DNA of 64,000 nucleotides from positions 186,001 through 250,000 of IMG/VR virus record IMGVR_UViG_3300032236_002285. One strand, given 5' to 3'. This document shows positions 1-9,759 of the stretch, piece after piece; the first letter of the stretch is position 1; every line of letters begins with the position of its first letter. The notes under the pieces are model-generated. The model did no database searches, was not told the origin of the DNA, and was given only the letters and a program-made list of their open reading frames with translations. The translations under genes were made by a program, and so were the position numbers.

Positions 1-586
1 CATCATGATTTCCAAATTCTAAAGTTTTCTTAATTTCTCTTTTAGCAAAATCAATAGTGTTGTTTTTATAAGGCTTGTTCTTAGAAACATTAATGATTTT
101 TGTTGGCTTAGCATATTGAAGTTCAAAAAAGTTCAAACAATCCATATACTTTAAGTTTTCCAAATCTTCTTTCAATCCAATTGGGTCAAAGTCACCAAAT
201 AATTTACGAGAAAGATTTAACATATGTGTTTGAGTTTGGTCATTAAAACAATCCATATACTCTTCAAGTACGATATTTCTTTCATTCTCAAATTGTTCCT
301 TAGTAACATTAAATTCACCAAGTAAGTCCATAAACTCACCTTTCCACTTATTTACTTTTTCATCTAAACCTGTTAGATAGAAAACGATTTCATTTGAACT
401 CGTGTAAGCATTCCAATCAATACCATCTTTATCAAAATCTTCTTGAAGATGATCAAAGTTTTTACACATTAAATGTTCCATTAAATGGCTAATACCATAC
501 CAACCTTTTTTCTCAAGGTTTGTTGAACCTTCATAAACTACATAAAAACCAGAAAGGTCTGTTTGAGATTTTAAATTTATTATCAT
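1..586 (-). CDS. M16 (insulinase-family) zinc peptidase, runs off window start
   Basis: Hand translation from ATG at 586: MIINLKSQTDLSGFYVVYEGSTNLEKKGWYGISHLMEHLMCK...WNAYTS...ERNIVLEE; inverted HxxEH motif; missing from ORF track. Confidence 0.85.
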   Translation of the reverse strand, partial: MIINLKSQTDLSGFYVVYEGSTNLEKKGWYGISHLMEHLMCKNFDHLQEDFDKDGIDWNAYTSSNEIVFYLTGLDEKVNKWKGEFMDLLGEFNVTKEQFENERNIVLEEYMDCFNDQTQTHMLNLSRKLFGDFDPIGLKEDLENLKYMDCLNFFELQYAKPTKIINVSKNKPYKNNTIDFAKREIKKTLEFGNHD

Positions 587-636
587 TTATACACACTTTT
601 ATTTAGTGTTATATATTTAGTAAGTAAGAATGTTTA

Positions 637-1566
637 TTATTTATTAATGTCAAATTTAGACCAAATAACAAGGTCACCATCTACATACTGTACTTCAGTA
701 GGAACCCACTTTAAGTAAACAATAAATCTAGAAGATATTTCTTCACTAGTAATCTTAGTTCCAAATTTTGAATTTATTTTATCAGCAATACCTTGACAGA
801 AAATAATTAATCTATCTTCTTCAACTACTGAAAATTCATTTATTGTTATAAATTGTTCAACATAGCTTTTTACCGATTTATTATAGTTTGCGGTTGTTGG
901 ATTATCTGTTAGGTTTTTAGTAATTATTTTTGACCAGTTTTCTTTTAAGTCATCTTGTAAATAAGTAAGAGCTACTTCATGGTATTTTTCCATTAAACCA
1001 GGAATTTCGTTAATATAAAGCTGACCATAAGGTGTTTGATGATATCCATATTTATATCTAATTATGATTTCATCAACACCATTAAATAAAGCCCAACCAT
1101 CACCACCAAGAAAAATTTTATTTTTATCAAGTCCTAATTTATCGGCTGTAAAGTAAAGATAAACATCACAAAAACCATTTGTGCTATCTAATCTTGTTGA
1201 CTTATACCACTCAAAGAAATCCCTACCTGTTATTTTATTTGCTTCCTCTGAGAAGATAAGTTTAATAATTTCAAAAGTCCAACCTTTTTTCTCAAGTTCT
1301 GATTGTAGATATTGATAATCTTCTTCTGGTTTTGCATTTTCTCTTTTACAAAGGTCAGAAAAAGACAAAGTACTAAAATTTTCAGTTACTCCAATAATAT
1401 CATCAGAAAAAGTATCTCTTAATTCTATAAGTTCCTGTCTTTTATTATCAGCAATCATTTTTTTAACATCTGATTCTGATATAACAATTTGTTTTCCATT
1501 AACATCATAAACTACAATGTCTTCCTTAATGAATTCATTATACTTCTTCAACAACTTCTTCTTCAT
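637..1566 (-). CDS. hypothetical protein with N-terminal LKKYNEFIKE motif (T4 capsid-targeting-like)
   Basis: 309 aa ORF; no recognisable domain. Confidence 0.7.
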   Translation of the reverse strand: MKKKLLKKYNEFIKEDIVVYDVNGKQIVISESDVKKMIADNKRQELIELRDTFSDDIIGVTENFSTLSFSDLCKRENAKPEEDYQYLQSELEKKGWTFEIIKLIFSEEANKITGRDFFEWYKSTRLDSTNGFCDVYLYFTADKLGLDKNKIFLGGDGWALFNGVDEIIIRYKYGYHQTPYGQLYINEIPGLMEKYHEVALTYLQDDLKENWSKIITKNLTDNPTTANYNKSVKSYVEQFITINEFSVVEEDRLIIFCQGIADKINSKFGTKITSEEISSRFIVYLKWVPTEVQYVDGDLVIWSKFDINK

Positions 1567-1684
1567 GTAAAATTTGTTCTTTTTCTAATTCTTTTTTTGC
1601 AACTTCAGCAACATAATTAGCCCACTCTTCATCCATATAGCCGATGTCGCTATTGTTATAAAATGATATTGGTTCTTTTTTCAT
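1538..1684 (-). CDS. small acidic hypothetical protein (48 aa)
   Basis: Hand translation MKKEPISFYNNSDIGYMDEEWANYVAEVAKKELEKEQILHEEEVVEEV; TAATATATA motif just upstream at 1690-1698. Confidence 0.55.
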   Translation of the reverse strand: MKKEPISFYNNSDIGYMDEEWANYVAEVAKKELEKEQILHEEEVVEEV

Positions 1685-1695
1685 AAGAGTATATA

Positions 1696-2679
1696 TTAAG
1701 AAATTTTTCTGTTTTTTAAGTAATTTAAAAAATCAAAAGAGTTATCTTGATAAGTATTTAATATTTCTTTATTGATATTTATTTCTAAAATATCATCTAA
1801 ATATTGGTTCTTTTGGAAGTAGTGTTCAGCCGGATCTTTAGCGACTTTACTGATAACAGTTTTAGTTTTAATATTATTGAGTTCAAAAAAATCTTTTAGA
1901 ATAGCTGATGATCTTAACCCTACTTCATCTTTATCGGAAAAGATAACAATTGAAGAAGGTTTCTTTTTTATTACTTGATAAAGTTGAATACCTGACCACA
2001 TTGCACTTGAACAAGTAATCGCATTTTTACTTAAATTGACTAATGCCATTGTGTCAAAAATACCTTCTGTAATCCATATTTCTTTATCTTGTCCAAACCT
2101 ATCAAGACCCCAAACTGAAATATCAGGACAAGCTAATGAATATTTTAATGTTCTTGTAAAACCATTACTCTCGATTCCAATTTTTCTAATGGCGCAATTT
2201 ATTAATCTATCATTTTCATCAAATAAAGGTATTAATATACCACCTTGTTCAATAGCATCTTGTAAAATTGGACTTAATATAGGATGTATAGTAGCTCCTA
2301 AAATCTCAAGATGTCTTTTGTCATTAAAAGCAGACAAACCAACAATATCCCAATCAAGTATTGTTTTTTCGCCAAGACCTCTATTTTCTAAATAGTTATA
2401 TTCATCTGCACTTAGTAATCCACAATTTTCTCTAACAATCTCAGTTAAACTATATAAATCTTCTTTAGTAATAATAACATCTTCAGCTTTGGTGTTTAAC
2501 TCTTTTGAATTCACTTCAACCATTCTGTTATCATCTTGCCAGATAGATTTACATTCTTTTAATTGGTTTTCAATCCTTACTAAAGTAACTGGATTAAGCT
2601 CAGGTAGGAAATTTGAGACAACACCCTTAACCGATCGATTATTATAAAGGATATAACCGAGTTCTTCATTTGTGTACAT
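1696..2679 (-). CDS. DnaG-like primase (TOPRIM domain)
   Basis: WITEGIFDTMAL and VIFSDKDEVG TOPRIM motifs. Confidence 0.75.
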   Translation of the reverse strand: MYTNEELGYILYNNRSVKGVVSNFLPELNPVTLVRIENQLKECKSIWQDDNRMVEVNSKELNTKAEDVIITKEDLYSLTEIVRENCGLLSADEYNYLENRGLGEKTILDWDIVGLSAFNDKRHLEILGATIHPILSPILQDAIEQGGILIPLFDENDRLINCAIRKIGIESNGFTRTLKYSLACPDISVWGLDRFGQDKEIWITEGIFDTMALVNLSKNAITCSSAMWSGIQLYQVIKKKPSSIVIFSDKDEVGLRSSAILKDFFELNNIKTKTVISKVAKDPAEHYFQKNQYLDDILEININKEILNTYQDNSFDFLNYLKNRKIS

Positions 2680-2754
2680 AAAATATTATAATTTAAAATA
2701 GTTGTCTCGTTTGAATATATTTACTATATTTGTAGAAATTATATATTAAAACAA

Positions 2755-3372
2755 ATGATAAAAGTTGGACTTTCTGGTAATAGATATTCAGGTACTGATG
2801 AAATATGTAGTATATTTAGGCAGTATTCAATTCCTGTTTTTGAAGTCGATACTATATTGAAATTTATCATAAACCATGATATAACGGTTAGTTCTGATAT
2901 TCGTTCAAAATTAAAATCTATTCATAATGGCGCTGGTTATATTGACCCAAGGTTGATAAGAACAAAGACAGAGGCTGAGGCTGTTATTAACTCTGCTAAA
3001 CATGAATTGATGTCAGCTTATAATAAATTTTCTGAAAAACATAGACAATCAATTTATACAATATTTCATTCATCTATACTATTTGAAACAGGTTGGCAAA
3101 AAGAAATGAATTTTAATATAAATGTTTTTTGTCCAAAATCAACAAGAATAGAAAGGTGTAAACAAAATTTAAAAATTCCTATTTCAAGTGCAGCTGATTT
3201 GCTAAGAAATGAAATTGATGATTTGGATAAAAATAAAATGGCTAACTTTGTAATTCATAATTACAAAGGAAATAAAAGCCATTTAGATCAAGTTAATAAA
3301 ATTGACCAGTATATAATTGATGAGTATTTAGATAGAAAACATAAAAATACTATTATTGAAACACACTTTTAA
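2755..3372 (+). CDS. coaE: dephospho-CoA kinase-like protein with degenerate P-loop
   Basis: MIKVGLSGNRYSGTD...IPVFEVD...SSILFETG...INVFCPKSTRIER...ANFVIHN resembles the CoaE layout. Confidence 0.65.
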   Translation: MIKVGLSGNRYSGTDEICSIFRQYSIPVFEVDTILKFIINHDITVSSDIRSKLKSIHNGAGYIDPRLIRTKTEAEAVINSAKHELMSAYNKFSEKHRQSIYTIFHSSILFETGWQKEMNFNINVFCPKSTRIERCKQNLKIPISSAADLLRNEIDDLDKNKMANFVIHNYKGNKSHLDQVNKIDQYIIDEYLDRKHKNTIIETHF

Positions 3373-3376
3373 ACTT

Positions 3377-3859
3377 ATGGTCCTAAGCAAAGCGTTGAAA
3401 ACTATTAAAATAAAGTTAGTCGAACCAACTCCAAATAAGTTAGCTTTTGTCAAATTGATAAAAGATTGCAGTGGCCTTGGTTTAAGAGAGGCAAAAGATT
3501 TATGTGATAATATACATGGTAATCCTGAAAAAGTACATGAGATGCCTATTCGTGACTGGGAAAGCATGGATTATAATACCGGTAAAACAACACCTGCAAT
3601 TACTGATTTTAGAAAAAAGTTCAACACTGAGATTAAAAATGTTGGTGGTAGATTTATTGTTAATGGTGGTGTTCAATGGGATAGAAATGTAAAAATGTTG
3701 ACACTTGGGATAGCTGAAAAATCTGATTATATCGAATTTATGAAAGATTATATTTTAAATAAATTTGGTAATTCAGAAGATTTACTTACCTTTGTACTCG
3801 ATAAAATTTCTAAAGAAGATTTACAAGAAATTTTTAATAAAACTAATATAGAATTATAA
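3377..3859 (+). CDS. protein with ribosomal L7/L12 C-terminal-like domain
   Basis: KLAFVKLIKDCSGLGLREAKDLCD matches the L12 CTD signature; start reassigned to ATG 3377. Confidence 0.7.
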   Translation: MVLSKALKTIKIKLVEPTPNKLAFVKLIKDCSGLGLREAKDLCDNIHGNPEKVHEMPIRDWESMDYNTGKTTPAITDFRKKFNTEIKNVGGRFIVNGGVQWDRNVKMLTLGIAEKSDYIEFMKDYILNKFGNSEDLLTFVLDKISKEDLQEIFNKTNIEL

Positions 3860-4255
3860 ATGGCTAACGCTTATATTCACTCAAAGTCCTCTGCTCGAAA
3901 GTTTGGAGGCGAACCAGAAGATTATCTTTCAATCCACATGAAGATGGATTGTTCTAAAGCTTATGTTGCTGATAATAGACACAGAGCACTAACACATACT
4001 AACTTTTGGATTCATGAAGTAATGATACCAATTTTTGGTTATACAATGACTAATTCGGCTGGTAAAGTTGTTTCTGTTAAAGATGTTTGTGAACAACACA
4101 TACTTGAAGATTTTGGTATGAGATTTATTCCAACAGCTCAAGATTATCTTGAAAACATGGAATTTAAAGATTGGATGCAAAATGGAATAAAAGGTCATCC
4201 ATCTTCTTTTGAGAAAATTTCACAAAAAGGAAATATTAAAGTTAATCTCGACTAA
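3860..4255 (+). CDS. DUF6915-like conserved phage protein
   Basis: MANAYIHSKSSARKFGGEPEDY...HRALTH...EQHILEDFG pattern. Confidence 0.65.
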   Translation: MANAYIHSKSSARKFGGEPEDYLSIHMKMDCSKAYVADNRHRALTHTNFWIHEVMIPIFGYTMTNSAGKVVSVKDVCEQHILEDFGMRFIPTAQDYLENMEFKDWMQNGIKGHPSSFEKISQKGNIKVNLD

Positions 4256-4256
4256 T

Positions 4257-4982
4257 ATGATAGTAATTTGCAAAAGAGCAACAAAAAGAATTGTTAAAGG
4301 AGTTCGCTACGAGACGGGTAACCTATGGAACTCTGGAAACAATGCAAAATGGAGAGAAGGCAAAGTGGAAATTTTAGGAATTGGTATATTTGTAGTTGAT
4401 AACTTCACTGATACTAATGGTAATCCATTACCTAAAATTGACATTAGTGTACCTCGTCAAGTATCTGAAATATTAAAATATGAAGATGTAAAAAAAGGTG
4501 ATATCTTAGTTTGTACATCTGATATGTATAAAACCTTAGGTAAAGGTTGTATGTACCAAGTTGAATTACTAAATCAAACATCTGAACAATTAATGGGTTG
4601 GAATAAACAACCTTATACACGAGTTGAACAAACAGTAAAGTTTGTTGGTATACCTCGCACACTTAAATTTAGTGGTTGGAGATTTAGAAAATTAACTCCA
4701 CAAGAAGCTCGTGAGATTTCTCTAAATTCTGTTCTTCATGGTGAAGAACCAAAAATCACAAAGACAAAAGACATCCGTAAGATTGAAATGGCGGCTAACA
4801 AAGATTTAGAATTAATGTCTGCCATTTCAAAGTCAATAATTGACAATAATAGACACCATTTATCTATTTTAGATTGGGCTTGTCAAAAATCTAGTCAAAA
4901 TCTAGGTATAACACCTGATGATTATGTCACTCTTTTAAATATGCCTTTAAAAGATATTCTTGAAAAAATTGAAACAAAGTAA
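4257..4982 (+). CDS. hypothetical protein
   Basis: Long ORF; start reassigned to ATG 4257. Confidence 0.7.
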   Translation: MIVICKRATKRIVKGVRYETGNLWNSGNNAKWREGKVEILGIGIFVVDNFTDTNGNPLPKIDISVPRQVSEILKYEDVKKGDILVCTSDMYKTLGKGCMYQVELLNQTSEQLMGWNKQPYTRVEQTVKFVGIPRTLKFSGWRFRKLTPQEAREISLNSVLHGEEPKITKTKDIRKIEMAANKDLELMSAISKSIIDNNRHHLSILDWACQKSSQNLGITPDDYVTLLNMPLKDILEKIETK

Positions 4983-5002
4983 AAATTAAATATACGATAA
5001 CT

Positions 5003-5491
5003 ATGTCAAACGAAAAGTTCGCAATTCTAAAAGAAAAGCAAGCAGAGATTCAGAAATTAAAAAAAGAAATGTTAGAAGCATCTAACAAAATCTTCACTGA
5101 TTGTACAAAAACTATCTTTGAAGACCATCCAAAAGTAAAATCATTCTCTTGGACACAATATACACCTTACTTCAATGATGGTGATACTTGTACATTCTCA
5201 GCTGATACAAATTACATCACTGTAAATGATGAAAGAGTAGATGAAGCTGACTGGATGAGCCCAACAATCATCACTAAGTATGGTACTTGGAACCGTGAGA
5301 AAAGAGTGTATGAAGACCGTGAAGAGGAATTAAACCCTAAATATGATCCAGAAATGGTAAAAGCGGTTGATGAAATTAGAGATTTTCTTTCACACTTTGA
5401 TGATGATTTTTTCCTAAGTCAATTTGGCGACCACGCTGAAATCACAATAACATCAGAAGGTGTTAGTATTGATGAATACGAACACGAATAA
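5003..5491 (+). CDS. conserved hypothetical phage protein
   Basis: SFSWTQYTPYFNDGDTCTFS...FGDHAEITIT motif. Confidence 0.7.
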   Translation: MSNEKFAILKEKQAEIQKLKKEMLEASNKIFTDCTKTIFEDHPKVKSFSWTQYTPYFNDGDTCTFSADTNYITVNDERVDEADWMSPTIITKYGTWNREKRVYEDREEELNPKYDPEMVKAVDEIRDFLSHFDDDFFLSQFGDHAEITITSEGVSIDEYEHE

Positions 5492-5537
5492 ATTAAATAA
5501 AAAACAAATATAAATTAACAATTAAAAAAAGTAAAAA

Positions 5538-7448
5538 ATGGTAAATTTCATTAGTAATTATTGGTGGATAGGTGTTATCCTTCTTTGTGTAGTGATGTAT
5601 AAATTCATCCTACGAATGTTCTTCGGGTTAGTTATTGTACCTGAAAGTAAAATTGGTCTTGTAACAAAAAAGTTTGTTCTATTTGGACCTAATAAACAGC
5701 TAAGCGGTGATCGTATTATTGCGGTTAACGGTGAAGCGGGTTTACAAGCTGAAATGCTTATGCCAGGTTTGCACTGGATGATGTGGCCTTGGCAGTATAA
5801 CATTGATATGCAAGGATTCGTTGTAATCCCTGAAGGTCATATCGGTCTTGTATCATCTAAAGATGGTGCTGTTCCACAAACAGGTCGAATCTTAGGTCGT
5901 AGAGTTGAGTGTGAAAACTTCCAAGATGCTGTTGCATTCTTAAAAAATGGTGGTCAAAAAGGTCGTCAAGCCGCCTTTATCCCAAATGGTGTTTATAAAA
6001 TCAATACACACTTATTTGAAGTATCAACTGTTAAACAATCTACTATTCAAGAGAATATGGTAGGTGTTGTTACTACATTAGACGGTGAACCATTAAGTAC
6101 AGACCAGATTGCTGGTAAAAGTGTAGAAGGTCATAATAATTTCCAAGACTTTGATAAGTTCTTAGAATTAGGTGGTAATCGTGGTCTTCAACAACAAGTT
6201 ATCTTAGCTGGTTCTTATAACTTAAATCCTTGGGCTGTTCAAGTTGAAGAAGTTCAAATGACAGAAATTCCTATTGGTCACGTTGGTGTTGTTATTTCCT
6301 TTGTTGGTGATGATGGTGTAGACGTTACTGGTTCTGATTTCAAACATGGTAACTTAGTTAGTAAAGGACAAAAAGGTGTTTGGGCTGAGCCATTTGGACC
6401 AGGTAAGTATCCAATCAACAAATATACTAATCGTATTGAGTTGGTACCTACAACTAACCTTGTTCTTAACTGGGCAACTGCTCGTACTGAGTCTCACAAC
6501 TTAGATAAGAACTTGTCTACAATCACTGTTCGTTCTAAAGATGGTTTCCCATTCAATTTGGACGTATCTCAAATCATTCATATTCCTATGAATGAAGCGC
6601 CAAAAGTAATTGCTCGTTTCGGTTCAATGCAAAACCTTGTATCACAAGTGTTAGAGCCAACAATTGGTAACTACTTCCGTAATAGTGCTCAAGATAGTGA
6701 TGTAATTGCTTTCTTATCAACACGTCAATCTCGTCAAGATGCTGCTAAGAGTGCTATCTCTAAAGTATTGGATGAATATAACGTTCACGCTGTTGATACT
6801 TTGATTGGTGATATTACTCCACCAGAGTCTTTGATGAAAACCTTGACAGATCGTAAGATTGCTCAAGAACAAGAGGTGACTTTTGAAACTCAAAAGAAAG
6901 CCGCTATCTCTCGTCAAACTTATGAGAAAGAAACTGCGATTGCTGACATGCAAGCAGAAGTTGTAAAAGCTGACCAAGGTGTTCAAATCTCTGAAAGACT
7001 TGCTGATGCTTCTGTTAAGAAAGCAACAGGTGAGGCTCGTTCAATCAAGATTACTGCTGAAGCTAATGCTGAATCAACTAAGTTGAAAGCAGAAGCAGAT
7101 GCTACAAGAACATCACTTATTGGTAACGCTGAAGCTGAGGCCATCCTTGCAAAAGGTAAATCTACTGCTGAGGCATATAAATTAGCCGTTGAGGCGATGG
7201 GTAAAGAAAACTTTACTACATTTAAGGTCACTGAAGAGATTGGTAAAAATGGTGTGAAAATCATGCCTGACTTGTTAATCAACGGAGGTGGACAAAGCGG
7301 GAACGGTGCGATAGATGGATTATTGGGAGTTCAAATTCTTAATATGATGGGTAACCAAGTTAAGAACTTGAATGACACAACAGTGAAGTCAACTACAACT
7401 GATGCGCCTGTTGAAGACATTTCGGTCCAAACGAAAGGTAAGAAGTAA
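5538..7448 (+). CDS. SPFH/flotillin-family membrane protein
   Basis: N-terminal TM helix, SPFH core (TVRSKDGFPFNLDVSQIIHI), Ala/Glu-rich coiled coil. Confidence 0.9.
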   Translation: MVNFISNYWWIGVILLCVVMYKFILRMFFGLVIVPESKIGLVTKKFVLFGPNKQLSGDRIIAVNGEAGLQAEMLMPGLHWMMWPWQYNIDMQGFVVIPEGHIGLVSSKDGAVPQTGRILGRRVECENFQDAVAFLKNGGQKGRQAAFIPNGVYKINTHLFEVSTVKQSTIQENMVGVVTTLDGEPLSTDQIAGKSVEGHNNFQDFDKFLELGGNRGLQQQVILAGSYNLNPWAVQVEEVQMTEIPIGHVGVVISFVGDDGVDVTGSDFKHGNLVSKGQKGVWAEPFGPGKYPINKYTNRIELVPTTNLVLNWATARTESHNLDKNLSTITVRSKDGFPFNLDVSQIIHIPMNEAPKVIARFGSMQNLVSQVLEPTIGNYFRNSAQDSDVIAFLSTRQSRQDAAKSAISKVLDEYNVHAVDTLIGDITPPESLMKTLTDRKIAQEQEVTFETQKKAAISRQTYEKETAIADMQAEVVKADQGVQISERLADASVKKATGEARSIKITAEANAESTKLKAEADATRTSLIGNAEAEAILAKGKSTAEAYKLAVEAMGKENFTTFKVTEEIGKNGVKIMPDLLINGGGQSGNGAIDGLLGVQILNMMGNQVKNLNDTTVKSTTTDAPVEDISVQTKGKK

Positions 7449-7465
7449 TCACTTCTATTAATAAG

Positions 7466-7500
7466 AAACCCTTTGATTAATTTCAAAGGGTTTTTTTATT
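7466..7500 (+). terminator. intrinsic terminator
   Basis: AAACCCTTTGA-ttaatt-TCAAAGGGTTT followed by T run. Confidence 0.8.
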
Positions 7501-7526
7501 TTAAAATATTTGTGTATATTTGCTTT

Positions 7527-7766
7527 ATGCCAAGATATAAAAAAGGTGATATACTAGTTTGCGTAACCGATAAAATGTATGGAATGTCATACTCATTAAA
7601 AGTTGGTGAACAATACCAAGTTGATGATTTTATTGAAATGGCTGAAAAGAATTTAGTAAGTGTAAGTGATGTTAAAACTGGAGAACCGGTTAGTATATTT
7701 GATGATAAACACTTTATGCCATTAGATATTTGGCGTGAATTTCAACTAAGAAAGATATTAGAATAA
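7527..7766 (+). CDS. small hypothetical protein ending WREFQLRKILE
   Basis: ATG 7527 follows TATATTTG promoter element at 7515-7522. Confidence 0.65.
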   Translation: MPRYKKGDILVCVTDKMYGMSYSLKVGEQYQVDDFIEMAEKNLVSVSDVKTGEPVSIFDDKHFMPLDIWREFQLRKILE

Positions 7767-8302
7767 TGTTAAAAGGTAAAGACATATACACATTTGTAAG
7801 ATTCGGTGGTCTTGATTTGAAAAATCAAAAAGGTTTCTCTCAAGTTCCTGAAACTTATCATCAACCACCAGCTTCTCGTGGTTTTTATGCTATGCCTAAA
7901 ATTGCCCAAGAGTTCTTTCTTATTGGCTCATTGGATTCTACTCAACCAGGTGTTTTTGCTAAATCTGGTGAAAATGTAATCAACAAAAAATCACAAGATC
8001 CTAACTATTGGAGAAATAAACTCCGTCAAATCCGTAAAGAGTTCAAAAAAACTGATGGTGAAATCTGGCATCATCTTGAAGAATATACTGATATCAAAGA
8101 TATTCTTCAAAGACACGGCTCTTGGGTTAAAACTGATATCAAAGTTTGGGCTAAAGCTTTCTCTAAAATGTCTACTATTATGAGATATGGTCGTGCTAAA
8201 TATGATTTAGATAATGGTATGAATCAACATGGTGATGGTAAAGGTGTTGTTGGTTGGTATTCTAAAGACCACTGTGAAGTTTTTTTTGATGAAAAAGTAT
8301 AA
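7766..8302 (+). CDS. hypothetical protein
   Basis: 178 aa ORF, translationally coupled. Confidence 0.7.
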   Translation: MLKGKDIYTFVRFGGLDLKNQKGFSQVPETYHQPPASRGFYAMPKIAQEFFLIGSLDSTQPGVFAKSGENVINKKSQDPNYWRNKLRQIRKEFKKTDGEIWHHLEEYTDIKDILQRHGSWVKTDIKVWAKAFSKMSTIMRYGRAKYDLDNGMNQHGDGKGVVGWYSKDHCEVFFDEKV

Positions 8303-8304
8303 TT

Positions 8305-9015
8305 ATGTATAACAAGATATATGACTTTTGTAAGGTAAGAAATCTTGGTAGTGTTTACTCAAATGGAGATGAACCTACACCAAGAGTTAAGTTCATTACT
8401 GGTTTACTAGAATCAGAAGGAATTGACTATGAATTAGATATATTTAAGTCAAGAAATCTTTCTTGTTATAATGTTATTATGAAGGGCAATTCAACTAAAA
8501 TGGTTGTTGCTCATCATGATATTAGCAACCCTAATATTGATAATGCTAATGATAACTCAGCATCTGTTATCAATGCTATTATGATTAAGAAGTTAATGCC
8601 TCATATGAACGTAGTTCTTTTAGATGGTGAAGAATGTGGCGGTTTAGGATCTCAAAGAGTCTCAGATCAAATCAATGAAGGTTACTTTGGCAAAATTGAC
8701 TGGGTTCTTAATTTAGAATTGACTGGTCGTGGTGGTGATACCTTTTTCATCGGTGATTATAGAGGTGTATTATTTGACCATATTAAATCAATGTTTGATT
8801 GTGTAGTTTACAAAACTCCATTTAATGATTCTGTAGTATTCAGAAAAAATGGAATAGATTCATGTGTGATTAATCCTTTACCGACTTTAACTAACGGAAA
8901 TATGGATTATTCTATGTTATATAATTGTCATAATCAAAAGGATACATTATCAACAATCGATGTTAATGATATGCGTATTTTTGTTGAAAAAGTTTTATGT
9001 AAAATACTACAATAA
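8305..9015 (+). CDS. M28-family peptidase
   Basis: VVAHHD, ANDNSAS, DGEECG, LNLELTG, YNCHNQKDT metal-binding motifs. Confidence 0.8.
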   Translation: MYNKIYDFCKVRNLGSVYSNGDEPTPRVKFITGLLESEGIDYELDIFKSRNLSCYNVIMKGNSTKMVVAHHDISNPNIDNANDNSASVINAIMIKKLMPHMNVVLLDGEECGGLGSQRVSDQINEGYFGKIDWVLNLELTGRGGDTFFIGDYRGVLFDHIKSMFDCVVYKTPFNDSVVFRKNGIDSCVINPLPTLTNGNMDYSMLYNCHNQKDTLSTIDVNDMRIFVEKVLCKILQ

Positions 9016-9687
9016 CTTCCAACTCCAAAAATATCCATAACTTTTTTTAATATCACCATTACAACATTTTCTTATACATGCCCTATTGAATCCTAATTCT
9101 CTTTCAATACTACCAGTTGATATCCACTCTTTAATTAGGTTTTTATTAATATCATATTGATAAACACTTTTTTTATTTTGTTGAGACAATGATAGTTTTA
9201 TTTTAGTTTCATCACTTCTTTTTACTCTAAGTTTATTTTTAGTCTCTTCAGTTTGTTTTTTTCTACTAAATTTTTCTTTAAGATGTCCTTGTAGAATATC
9301 TTTTTCATCTTTGTATTTCCAAACATATCCTCCAGATGTTTTATATTTACCACTAGCAGCATTGCCTATGTTGATAATACCAGTTGATGAAATAGCCTCT
9401 TTTATCGAATTAAACTCACATATTAAAATATTATCCTTAAATTGCATGACAGGCTTAGACATTAGTTCGATTCTTTCTTTACTCTTATCTTTTCTACCCT
9501 CACCACCATCTGTTAAATTAACTAATGGACCAAGTTTCATATCTCTTCTACCTATTTCATTTATTACGAGAGATTCTAATTCAAAAGCTTTTTTCTCATC
9601 TAGCTTCTCATAAACTTTTATTATAATTGGATATTTTAATTTAAAATATGATGGATATGATGAAGGTGACGTGCCTGATAGATTCAA
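9007..9687 (-). CDS. NUMOD1/NUMOD3-containing homing endonuclease, probably N-terminally truncated (GIY-YIG/LEM-3-like remnant)
   Basis: AFELESLVINEIGRRD...LVNLTDGGEG plus two NUMOD1 repeats; no N-terminal GIY-YIG strands. Confidence 0.65.
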   Translation of the reverse strand: MNLSGTSPSSYPSYFKLKYPIIIKVYEKLDEKKAFELESLVINEIGRRDMKLGPLVNLTDGGEGRKDKSKERIELMSKPVMQFKDNILICEFNSIKEAISSTGIINIGNAASGKYKTSGGYVWKYKDEKDILQGHLKEKFSRKKQTEETKNKLRVKRSDETKIKLSLSQQNKKSVYQYDINKNLIKEWISTGSIERELGFNRACIRKCCNGDIKKSYGYFWSWKLL

Positions 9688-9711
9688 TATAGTACTAAGT
9701 TTATATAAATA

Positions 9712-9742
9712 AAAAAAACCTCAGATTTCTCTGAGGTTTTTT
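9712..9742. terminator. bidirectional intrinsic terminator
   Basis: A-run AAACCTCAGA-tttc-TCTGAGGTTT T-run. Confidence 0.75.
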
Positions 9743-9759
9743 CTTTCTGTAAAAATCTA

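Noticed and set aside
2036-2395. Antisense and nested ORFs within long genes (e.g. 2036, 5558, 6717, 6983, 9311, 18874, 20477, 25177)
   Set aside because: Shadow ORFs of well-supported genes, with no independent motifs or start signals.
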